The translations under genes were made by a program, and so were the position numbers. The notes under the pieces are model-generated. The model worked only from the letters and a program-made list of their open reading frames with translations, made no database searches and was not told the DNA's origin. A stretch of DNA of 64,000 nt, taken from the NCBI GenBank assembly GCA_038890875.1, contig JAWAFA010000001.1:863-64862 (forward strand), read 5' to 3'. Of this stretch, positions 9,639-17,234 are shown in pieces (within the stretch, counting starts at the first letter, position 1; each line of letters starts with the position of its first letter). The stretch comes from Candidatus Pacearchaeota archaeon (GTDB lineage: Archaea > Nanobdellota > Nanobdellia > Pacearchaeales > JAPDKA01).

Positions 9639-10335
9639 TTCCTCCTTTTTCTATTAGATTAGCAATTTTTTCATCAATAACAAAGAGGTTTTCTATTAAG
9701 ACTTCGCCTGTCTGTTTATCAAATTTTATAACACCAAACTTCTTAAGTCCATGCCTAACCTCCCCCATAGATTTTCCAATCTTACCAACGTGATTACCTT
9801 TGATAATATAAACAAGAGAATTGTTTGTAAGTGGAAGATGCTTTACTATTTTTTTATCTTTCAAATTAAAGATTAAAGTGTCATTAACCTTGCTTTTATC
9901 AAAAAGAATTGTTCTCCCATCATGGCAAGTTACTTGTATTCTCCCACCTTTAATAACATTTTTTCTTATTATCTTTAATGGCTTAAACTGCGCTTCTTCT
10001 TTACTTATCTCAATTAATTTCAATTTATTCTTTTCTGAAATTATTAATGTGTAGTATTTATTAATTTGGGGAAAAGAAAGAACATCAAAAAGACCGACTC
10101 CCTCTTTATAATCCTTAACTCTTCTATTGTCTATAAAAATTTCTTTATTTGCTAAAAGTTTTTTTACTTCTGCATTAGTTTTTGTTATCTTAAGAACTTC
10201 ATTTAAAATCACACTTATTGGCATACAAAAATCAAGCTTATGCCCGCATGGTAATGGCTTTGTAACCCATGCTTTTTCTTTCCTTTGTATTGGCCATGTT
10301 TTAGGCGCCGCCAATCTTTTTAAATACCCTCCCAT
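9628..10335 (-). CDS. rps4e: 30S ribosomal protein eS4
   Basis: LKRLAAPKTWPI.RK, HDGRT, KGNHVG. Confidence 0.95.
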   Translation of the reverse strand: MGGYLKRLAAPKTWPIQRKEKAWVTKPLPCGHKLDFCMPISVILNEVLKITKTNAEVKKLLANKEIFIDNRRVKDYKEGVGLFDVLSFPQINKYYTLIISEKNKLKLIEISKEEAQFKPLKIIRKNVIKGGRIQVTCHDGRTILFDKSKVNDTLIFNLKDKKIVKHLPLTNNSLVYIIKGNHVGKIGKSMGEVRHGLKKFGVIKFDKQTGEVLIENLFVIDEKIANLIEKGGNEK

Positions 10336-10346
10336 TTTTACTTTTT

Positions 10347-10739
10347 TTATTTTTCTTTTTTAATTTTTCTTTCTAAAGCTTTTATTCTCTCCTTATCATC
10401 AAGATTAAGCTCAATTATTTGTAAATTACTTGAAGAGATTGGTAAAGGTGCTTTAATTCCACTTTGCTTTATAACATTGACTCCTTCAAGATAAACTTTT
10501 AATTTTTTTAAATCAACCTTCTCGACTTTTGCTTGTGTATTTTTAAATTTTCCCTTCATTATCTTTACTAGATCTCCTTTACGCAACGGAAAACTCCTTC
10601 TTTTATATTTTTTTCTAAGTTCTTTGCTTAGATTAGCAGAAACAAGTTTATGTCTAAGATGTAATGGTGCTTTATGTTGATATTTTCTTTGTTTTCTTGG
10701 TTTCTTGCTTCTTCTCCAATATTTACTAAACTTTTTCAT
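10347..10739 (-). CDS. rpl24: 50S ribosomal protein uL24
   Basis: PRKQRK..APLH..LSKELR..RKGDLVKIMKG. Confidence 0.96.
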   Translation of the reverse strand: MKKFSKYWRRSKKPRKQRKYQHKAPLHLRHKLVSANLSKELRKKYKRRSFPLRKGDLVKIMKGKFKNTQAKVEKVDLKKLKVYLEGVNVIKQSGIKAPLPISSSNLQIIELNLDDKERIKALERKIKKEK

Positions 10740-10740
10740 T

Positions 10741-11148
10741 TTATAAGATTATACTTGCAATTTTAGCTACAAAAGGCCATCTTTCTGCTACTTCTCTCGC
10801 TATTGGCCCTTTTATTATTGTTCCTGCCGGGTTTCCTTTATCATCTTTTAATAATACACAAGCATTATCTTCAAAAGCGACTAATTCGCCAGTTAGCCTT
10901 CGATAGGGTCTTCTTTGCCTGACAATAACTGCATAATGAAGTTGCTTTTTTAATTCGAGCGGGCCTTGTCTGACACTAATCTTAATCAAATCCGCGACTC
11001 CACAACTTATTTGCCGACCTCTCCTCGTCTTTCCTCTCGTTCCATGCACAGCTACAATTCTAACAAGTTTAGCTCCAGAGTTATCCGCTACATTTAAAAA
11101 TGAGCCAATATGTAATCCTTTCGTTACCCTTGCCTTTACCGCCTTCAT
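10741..11148 (-). CDS. rpl14: 50S ribosomal protein uL14
   Basis: ADNSGAK, FEDNA, GPIAREVAERWP. Confidence 0.97.
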   Translation of the reverse strand: MKAVKARVTKGLHIGSFLNVADNSGAKLVRIVAVHGTRGKTRRGRQISCGVADLIKISVRQGPLELKKQLHYAVIVRQRRPYRRLTGELVAFEDNACVLLKDDKGNPAGTIIKGPIAREVAERWPFVAKIASIIL

Positions 11149-11178
11149 TTTTCCATTTTGTATATTTTTACTTTTTTA

Positions 11179-11490
11179 TTATTTTATTTTTCTAATCACA
11201 ACATGAGCGATCGTCTTGCTTAATGGCCTCGTTTCTGCAATTTCAATGATATCCCCGATGTTTATAATAGAATTTAAACATTCCGGTAAATGAGCATGAA
11301 TTCGACTCATCCTCTTTAAATATCTTTCATATTTGGGGAGATAGATATATCTCTCAAACTCTATAGTAACTTTTTTTTGCACAATATTTTTTCTCGTTAC
11401 TCTACCTCTAAATCTTTTTCCCTTTACACTTAGAGAGCCGTGAAAAGGGCATTTTTTATCATTACACTTTATTTCCTTTTCGTTTGCCAT
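11179..11490 (-). CDS. rps17: 30S ribosomal protein uS17
   Basis: CPFHG..KYERY..ETRPLSKT. Confidence 0.97.
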   Translation of the reverse strand: MANEKEIKCNDKKCPFHGSLSVKGKRFRGRVTRKNIVQKKVTIEFERYIYLPKYERYLKRMSRIHAHLPECLNSIINIGDIIEIAETRPLSKTIAHVVIRKIK

Positions 11491-11546
11491 GTTTTTTTTT
11501 ATTTACCGTGTTTTTAAATTTTTGCGATTTAGAGAAAAAGTATTTT

Positions 11547-11828
11547 TTATTTCTTTATTCTCTTCTCGATCCTACCGACAAGATTTGCACCATTAACGAG
11601 AATTTTATATTTATCAACATAAATTAAAAACCAGGCGTTTTTCTTTATTATAGTCTTTTCTTCCTTCTTTGTTTTTATTACGAGAACATTCACTCTATCT
11701 TCGACACATCTTCCTTTAATACCAATCTCTGCTTTATTTTTTGAATCAAAAACCTCGATAGTTTTCCCAACTAAAACCTGGTTCGCAAGATTAGTAATAT
11801 TAAATAAATCTATAACTTCTTTTTTCAT
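11547..11828 (-). CDS. rnp1: RNase P protein component 1 (Rpp29)
   Basis: GIKG..V.G.NLVGR.E.R; canonical position between sui1 and rps17. Confidence 0.85.
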   Translation of the reverse strand: MKKEVIDLFNITNLANQVLVGKTIEVFDSKNKAEIGIKGRCVEDRVNVLVIKTKKEEKTIIKKNAWFLIYVDKYKILVNGANLVGRIEKRIKK

Positions 11829-11843
11829 TTTACTTTTTTGTTT

Positions 11844-12158
11844 CTATTTCTGCATTATCTCAATTAATTCTTCAGTAAATCCCTGATTTATTAACTCTTC
11901 CTTCACTTTTTTTAAATGATCTCCTTGCAGTTCAATAAAGTTATCTCTTACTGTGCCACCACAAGCAAGTTTTTGTTTTAGTATTCTTGCAAGTTGTTTT
12001 AGATCAATACCACTTATTCCTTCGATTATTGTCACTTTTTTACCAAACTTTCTTTTCTCAAGTATTATTCTTACTTTTTGTTTCTCTTTAACAAGACTTT
12101 CGCAAACACAGGCAGACTTCGGTAACCCACATTTAGGACAAATTGTTCCGAATTCCAT
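11844..12158 (-). CDS. sui1: Translation initiation factor aIF1 (SUI1)
   Basis: CPKCGLP..LACGGT..IELQGDH. Confidence 0.95.
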   Translation of the reverse strand: MEFGTICPKCGLPKSACVCESLVKEKQKVRIILEKRKFGKKVTIIEGISGIDLKQLARILKQKLACGGTVRDNFIELQGDHLKKVKEELINQGFTEELIEIMQK

Positions 12159-12358
12159 TATTCTTTAAGATTATACTTTAATCTAAGAATAGTTTTAATT
12201 TTAGCTATATTTCTTCGAATTTCTTTGATTTTTGTTTTAGCCCCTTGCCCAGGCCTAATCCCTCTTTCCTTGATCAAGTTTAACTCGAGATCATTTAGCT
12301 TCTTTAGAAGTTCTTCCTTACTTAATGTTTTAAGCTCTGATTTTCTTATTATTGCCAT
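12158..12358 (-). CDS. rpl29: 50S ribosomal protein uL29
   Basis: IKEIRRNIAKIKT; operon position. Confidence 0.9.
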   Translation of the reverse strand: MAIIRKSELKTLSKEELLKKLNDLELNLIKERGIRPGQGAKTKIKEIRRNIAKIKTILRLKYNLKE

Positions 12359-12400
12359 AAACATTTCGTTAATCTACACAAATATTTAATTTTTTACTTT

Positions 12401-13033
12401 TTAAATATTTTCGTTTTTATTTTCTTTATTTTTTGTACTTTTAACTTCACTTTTGCTTATTTCTATTTTATCAGGTATTTTGATTTCTGGTCGTAAAATA
12501 GCAACTTTTATTCCAACAATTCCTGGCTTGGTAAATGCTTGAGTTTTGGCATAATCAATAAGCTCTTTTTTGTACTCTCCACTCTTACTTAAATAACCGA
12601 AAGAAAATCTCCACTGCTTAGCTCTGGCGCTTGGTAATTTCCCTCCAAGCCTTATTTCAGCTCCAAGAGCCCCTGCTGATTTAATTTTTTCTAGTGCTTT
12701 ATAAGCAATAACTTTAAAACTTACAGGTCCAAAATGTTCGATAGCTTTTTTTATATATTCTGCAACACTAGCTGCATCAAGGAATAAGTTAGAAATGCGC
12801 ATGATTTCAATTTGTGGATTTTCAAAACCAAACTGTTCTTTTAACACCTCTGACAGCTTTTCAATGCTTTCATACCTTCCAATTAAGCTCGGCTTTGCCG
12901 TCGCTATGATTACTTTTTCTCCTATAGGTGTTCTTTCAAGTTTTATTGAGCTAACATAATCATAATTATTTTTGATATATTCTCTAACTCTAAACTCTTG
13001 CTTTTTCAAATCAATAAATTTTTTTTCTATCAT
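12401..13033 (-). CDS. rps3: 30S ribosomal protein uS3
   Basis: RTPIG, FENPQI, GALGAEI..GK..RAK, GIVGIKV. Confidence 0.95.
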   Translation of the reverse strand: MIEKKFIDLKKQEFRVREYIKNNYDYVSSIKLERTPIGEKVIIATAKPSLIGRYESIEKLSEVLKEQFGFENPQIEIMRISNLFLDAASVAEYIKKAIEHFGPVSFKVIAYKALEKIKSAGALGAEIRLGGKLPSARAKQWRFSFGYLSKSGEYKKELIDYAKTQAFTKPGIVGIKVAILRPEIKIPDKIEISKSEVKSTKNKENKNENI

Positions 13034-13035
13034 TT

Positions 13036-13539
13036 TTATTTCTCTCTTATTTCAAGATAGACATGTGTTCTTTTAAATCTTCTGCCATAAAATCTTCCTG
13101 GTCTAAATTGTGTGCTTCCTTTATTGGCTTTTGCCAAACTAATAAACATTTTCTCATCGTCAAAATTCGCCTGTCGAGCATTAGCAATGGCTTGCCTTAA
13201 AAGTTTTATAAAATATCTTGCCGCTTTTTCAGGATATCTTCCACTCATAAGTTTGCTAATTCGATGACCTCTTTTTCTATGCCCCACTTCACCAAGTAAA
13301 GGAATAGCAACTTTCTTTGCTATAACTTTCTCCATAAGCTGGATAGCAGAAAAGGGACTTTTTCCTTTAATAACTTTACAAATTGCAACTGCTGCTTTTT
13401 TTGAGATTGGTAAATCAAATGCTTTTGCTATGACAACTTCTTTCTTCTCTATTTTCTCTTCTTTCTCTGCTGCCTCTTTCCCTTTATTCTTCTTTTCTTC
13501 TTTTTCTCTTCTTCCTTCTTTAGCAATTTTTTCTGTCAT
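13036..13539 (-). CDS. rpl22: 50S ribosomal protein uL22
   Basis: VGHR..GRYPEKAA..ANA; charged N-terminal extension. Confidence 0.93.
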   Translation of the reverse strand: MTEKIAKEGRREKEEKKNKGKEAAEKEEKIEKKEVVIAKAFDLPISKKAAVAICKVIKGKSPFSAIQLMEKVIAKKVAIPLLGEVGHRKRGHRISKLMSGRYPEKAARYFIKLLRQAIANARQANFDDEKMFISLAKANKGSTQFRPGRFYGRRFKRTHVYLEIREK

Positions 13540-13551
13540 TTTCTGTCATTT

Positions 13552-13977
13552 TTACTTAACAGATAAGAATGCTGAACTCTTTGTTGCCCCAACTCCAGGA
13601 GCACTGTGTTTTACAGGTTTTCTTGTTAGCACAAACTCGCCAAGCCTGTGTCCGAGCATTTCTTCAGTTATTTTTACTGGCTCAAAACTTTTACCATTAT
13701 GTACATAAATTGTTAAGCCAACGAGTGCCGGAATAATCACAGCATCACGCCAATGTGTTCTAATTGGTTTTCCTTTTTCAGCCTTTTCTTTTATTTGTTT
13801 TAAAAAAAGCACATAACGATCTAATTGCCTTAATAAGCTTCTTCTCTCTCTGCTTTTTACAAATAAGGCAAAATCTTTTAAAGACATTTGTCTAAGTTCG
13901 TCGATAGTTTTATTTCTAAATCTAAACTCTATTGCTTCAACTTTTTCTATTTTTTCTACTTTTCTTTCTTTTACCAT
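13552..13977 (-). CDS. rps19: 30S ribosomal protein uS19
   Basis: RTHWRD, HNGK.F, GHRLGEF, HSAPGVGATKSS. Confidence 0.97.
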   Translation of the reverse strand: MVKERKVEKIEKVEAIEFRFRNKTIDELRQMSLKDFALFVKSRERRSLLRQLDRYVLFLKQIKEKAEKGKPIRTHWRDAVIIPALVGLTIYVHNGKSFEPVKITEEMLGHRLGEFVLTRKPVKHSAPGVGATKSSAFLSVK

Positions 13978-14280
13978 TTTATTTTTTCATTTTTATCTAA
14001 TTAATCTAATTTAATTTAATCTAATTTCAATTTTTAAATTTTGCTTTTGTTGGGTTCTGACTGATTATGTAATTTATTTAGGTAATCAATCTTCTGTAAA
14101 TTTGTTCATTTTCAAATCTTTATGCCTAATGACTGATAACTGCTAACTGCTAAATGTATCAGATATCAGATAGATCCTAATAAGTGTGTAGCAAAGCTGC
14201 AAAGCAGTGCCTTTAGTGTATGTGGTTGGTTAGCGAGGTGCTATTGACAAGTCCTTGCTAGATTTATTAATTTGAGATGG

Positions 14281-14295
14281 ATATATAAAATTTCG
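14281..14295 (-). promoter_or_regulatory. BRE/TATA-like promoter with no downstream CDS (candidate ncRNA or long leader promoter)
   Basis: Minus strand CGAAATTTTATATAT resembles the motif seen 20-25 nt upstream of many starts in this window. Confidence 0.4.
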
Positions 14296-14362
14296 TTTTT
14301 TATCAGAGGGCGCGCTAGTCGCATTTTAGTAAAAATTGTAAAGTCTTCTAAATAACTAATAC

Positions 14363-14490
14363 ATGGCCCAATTAATGATGATACGAGAAAAAGGATGAGG
14401 CTTATTTTTTGCAGATGTTCCAGAATGGCAGAGAACTAAACATGTTCATAGATTACATCGAGGGATAGGTAGTTTTAGACCCATTTGTTT
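14363..14490 (+). pseudogene. Relic of an amino (N4/N6) DNA methyltransferase N-terminus
   Basis: ATG 14363 gives KG*GLFFADVPEWQRTKHVHRLH, then a shifted frame gives VVLDPF (motif I); in-frame TGA and internal deletion. Confidence 0.55.
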
Positions 14491-14530
14491 CTAGAATCAT
14501 TTTAAAACGAAAAATTTAAATATTCGTTAC

Positions 14531-14760
14531 TTCTTTTTAATCACTGAAATGCCAGAAGAACAGGGAAGCATAAGCAAATTTGGTATAGAGGAATTCATTG
14601 TTCATGGCGTAATAACAATCTACAACATAAGAAAAGGTAGCAAGCGCGTCCTGGGCCTTGAAATATGAAGATGCACGGGGTGAAGCACAGCCAGAATATA
14701 AGTATGATGGAAATCAAGGAAAATGGCATTGTAGTTTATCCTTAGGAGAATTTGTTTTGA
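14531..14760 (+). pseudogene. 3' fragment of KaiC/RecA-superfamily ATPase
   Basis: [34 protein letters not shown] / [20 protein letters not shown]; frameshift near 14666, TAG at 14743, no 5' half. Confidence 0.75.
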
Positions 14761-14771
14761 GCACTAAGACC

Positions 14772-15262
14772 ATGAAAACCATGCCAATCGCCTTAACCAT
14801 TGCAGGCTCTGATAGCGGGGGAGGAGCAGGAATTCAGGCTGATTTAAAGACCTTTGCAGTGCACAATGTTCATGGAGTTAGTGTTATTGTAGCTCTAACT
14901 GCGCAGAACACAGGAGAAGTTATAGATAATCTTTGAGCTTCCAGCAAATTTCATTGAAAGCCAGTTCAGAGCATTAGAAAAAGATTTTGAGATAAATGCT
15001 GCGAAAACAGGAATGCTCTACTCAAAAAAAATAATAAGCATTGTTGCAAAAAACCTTGGAGATTATCCCTTAATAATTGACCCTGTGATAATCGCTGAAA
15101 GTGGAGCGCAACTATTGAAAGAAGATGCGATTGAAGCTTTAAAAGAAAAAGCAATTTTGACAACACCTAACTTATTTGAAGCAGAGAAGCTGAGTGGAAT
15201 CAAAATTAAAACCAAAGAAGATGCGAAAAAAGCATGCAGGGAAATAGCAAAACATGGCTGCA
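14772..15262 (+). pseudogene. thiD: Hydroxymethylpyrimidine/phosphomethylpyrimidine kinase, frameshifted and 3'-truncated
   Basis: [28 protein letters not shown]; frameshift near 14930; then KTGML, DPVI, TPNLFEA; breaks off before the KGGH motif. Confidence 0.88.
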
Positions 15263-15352
15263 GTAATAACAGAAGATTACGCCGCAAAAGAACAAGTAAA
15301 AGAAGGAAGAATAATCTTTACTCCACTTTGGAGATGGTTACTTGAAGTTTAA
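15260..15352 (+). pseudogene. 3' tip of a COG1373-type AAA+ ATPase (DUF4143)
   Basis: AVITEDYAAKEQVKEGRIIFTPLWRWLLEV* resembles the usual C-terminus of this family. Confidence 0.55.
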
Positions 15353-15392
15353 AATTTTGCCACGCCCTGCGGGCTTTCACTCCGTTCAGGAC

Positions 15393-15530
15393 GCCTAACA
15401 GTGATTAAGAGGGAAAATCCTGCGAATCACTCAAAAATCTTTGATTTTTGGTGCGCGGAAAAGCTTTATTTTTCTTGCGTTTCCCCAAATTTTTGCTTCG
15501 CAAAAACTTCTCTTGATCACGATATTAAGT
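15393..15530 (+). repeat. attC-like imperfect palindrome 1 (138 bp)
   Basis: GCCTAAC (RYYYAAC) ... ATTAAGT (degenerate GTTRRRY); arms GTGATTAAGAG / CTCTTGATCAC; inner hairpins CAAAAATC-TTT-GATTTTTG and TTTTTGC-TTC-GCAAAAA. Confidence 0.55.
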
Positions 15531-15589
15531 CCAATCACAAGCTAGGCAAACTAAAAATATTTATAAACTATTTCTTTCTAATCAACAAT

Positions 15590-16249
15590 ATGTTAAGAGT
15601 TTGTCTAATTGGACCTGGAGACGTCAAATTTCATTATTTTGATTTACTAAAAATTCCGGAAAGAGAATTTTATAAACAAGTTGAAGGTATAGCAAGGGCA
15701 CTTCAAGGAGCAGAGGTAGAAATAGTTCTTCTTCCAGACAGAGGGGTTTCATTTGAAGTAGCAAAAAAATATAAAGAATTTGGAGGCAAAAAAGTTTATG
15801 GAACAGTTCCATTATCAGATAAAGATTTCGGTATTGCCCACTTAAGGCCATACATAGATGCGAAAGTTAATGGCAAGAAAGTAGTTGATGAGATTATAAA
15901 TACTCAAAATTGGTATAAACAGGATTTAACTCACTGTATTTATGGAGATGTTGTCTTAATGTTGGGCAATAGTTTAGGTTCTTTAGGGGAGTTAGTTTAT
16001 GGATATTATTTATATAAACTTTTTGTTGGAGATAAACCAGAAGTGAATACAAAGAAAAAAAGAATTCATCCAGAAGTAAGAGCCGGAGAAACAGTCCCTT
16101 TTTCAGTTATTATCTATAAACCTTTTTTAAAGGGAAAGTTAAATTATGAAATTGAAGAGTATATCTCTAAACTCAAAGGAAAAATTTATTATGTTAAGTC
16201 CCCTGCAGAGATTAAGAAAACACTAGAAAAAATTTCTTCATGCGCTTAG
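15590..16249 (+). CDS. SLOG/LOG-superfamily-like Rossmannoid protein, putative gene cassette
   Basis: Start ATG 15590 with TATA-like ATATTTATAAA just upstream; VCLIGPG first strand and GDVVLMLGNSLGSLGEL resembling the PGGxGTxxE motif. Confidence 0.55.
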   Translation: MLRVCLIGPGDVKFHYFDLLKIPEREFYKQVEGIARALQGAEVEIVLLPDRGVSFEVAKKYKEFGGKKVYGTVPLSDKDFGIAHLRPYIDAKVNGKKVVDEIINTQNWYKQDLTHCIYGDVVLMLGNSLGSLGELVYGYYLYKLFVGDKPEVNTKKKRIHPEVRAGETVPFSVIIYKPFLKGKLNYEIEEYISKLKGKIYYVKSPAEIKKTLEKISSCA

Positions 16250-16273
16250 GACTCCTTCAAATAATAGGGCTTC

Positions 16274-16360
16274 GCCCTAACAGCAGTTCTACTTAATTTT
16301 TCCTTCGGGAAAAAGGTGTATAAGTGAATATATTCATTCTAAAAACGTGTCAGTTAGAGC
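16274..16360 (+). repeat. attC-like imperfect palindrome 2 (87 bp)
   Basis: GCCCTAAC ... GTTAGAGC (7/8 complementary, AAC/GTT intact); inner ACTTA/TAAGT and TTTTTCC-TTCG-GGAAAAA; 24 nt after the ORF stop. Confidence 0.55.
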
Positions 16361-16427
16361 AACTAATCAAAGTTTATAATACAAAAAGCAACAAATTCCA
16401 AGCTGTTGATAGAAAGAGAGAAATCCT

Positions 16428-17123
16428 TTATTTTTTCTTTCTTCCAGTCCTTCTTGGCCTTATTAAACCAACCTTGGCTCCAGGAGGGGCATTCCAATGC
16501 GCGATTTTACTTTTTATATGTTTTCCTCTACCACCACCGAAAGGGTGATCGTAAGCATTCATTTTAACAGCACTTGTTCTTGGATAAAGCTTTCCAAGTG
16601 CTTTCATTTTATACCACTTGTTTCCTGCTCTCCCAAAAGGTTTTTCTATTCTACCACCACCAGCAGGAACGCCAATAGTTGCTCGTGAATTAGGATGAAG
16701 ATCTTTTTCTTTTTTACTCGGTAACAAAACAGTGACTTTATCTTTTTCTTTTTTTACAACTTTTGCACAACTTGCTCTAACAAGTTTGCCTCCATCATTA
16801 GGCAAGATTTCAATATTAAAAATATCGCTACCAATAGGGATTGCACTAAGAGGTAAGATATTTCCAGGTTCTGGTTTGGCATTTTTTCCTATCTCTATCT
16901 CTTGCCCAACATAAGAATAAATAGGGGCTATATTATAGAAAATATTACCATTAACCTTTATCTTAGCTAACGGAGCATGATGGCCAACATTATGGATAAT
17001 ATCAACTATTTCTCCCTTACCTTCAACATTAGGATAACTAAGCTTTATACTAAAAGCTTTCCTTCTAACTCGATAAACTGGCGTTCCTCGCCCCCTCTTC
17101 CTTATTATAATACGCTTGCCCAT
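16428..17123 (-). CDS. rpl2: 50S ribosomal protein uL2
   Basis: MGKR..RGRG, GGKLVR, MNAYDHPFGGG, APPGAKVG. Confidence 0.97.
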   Translation of the reverse strand: MGKRIIIRKRGRGTPVYRVRRKAFSIKLSYPNVEGKGEIVDIIHNVGHHAPLAKIKVNGNIFYNIAPIYSYVGQEIEIGKNAKPEPGNILPLSAIPIGSDIFNIEILPNDGGKLVRASCAKVVKKEKDKVTVLLPSKKEKDLHPNSRATIGVPAGGGRIEKPFGRAGNKWYKMKALGKLYPRTSAVKMNAYDHPFGGGRGKHIKSKIAHWNAPPGAKVGLIRPRRTGRKKK

Positions 17124-17234
17124 AACCTTATTTTATTTTTTCTTTTTTAAAGCTTTTGCTAAAATTTAAACCTCTTAGTTTTTTATTAAGTTAAAAAAGA
17201 AAAAAATAAAAATAAAAAGTATATAAAATTACAA

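Noticed and set aside
14085..14130. Possible DUF559 nuclease remnant (LGIK / RFENEQIY) on the minus strand
   Set aside because: Too short and needs a frameshift; could be chance
14772..15345. Programmed frameshifting in thiD
   Set aside because: No slippery site, and the gene is also truncated and internally deleted
15401..15589. N-terminal 63 aa of ORF 15401-16249
   Set aside because: Translates the palindromic element; a TATA and ATG lie at 15556-15590
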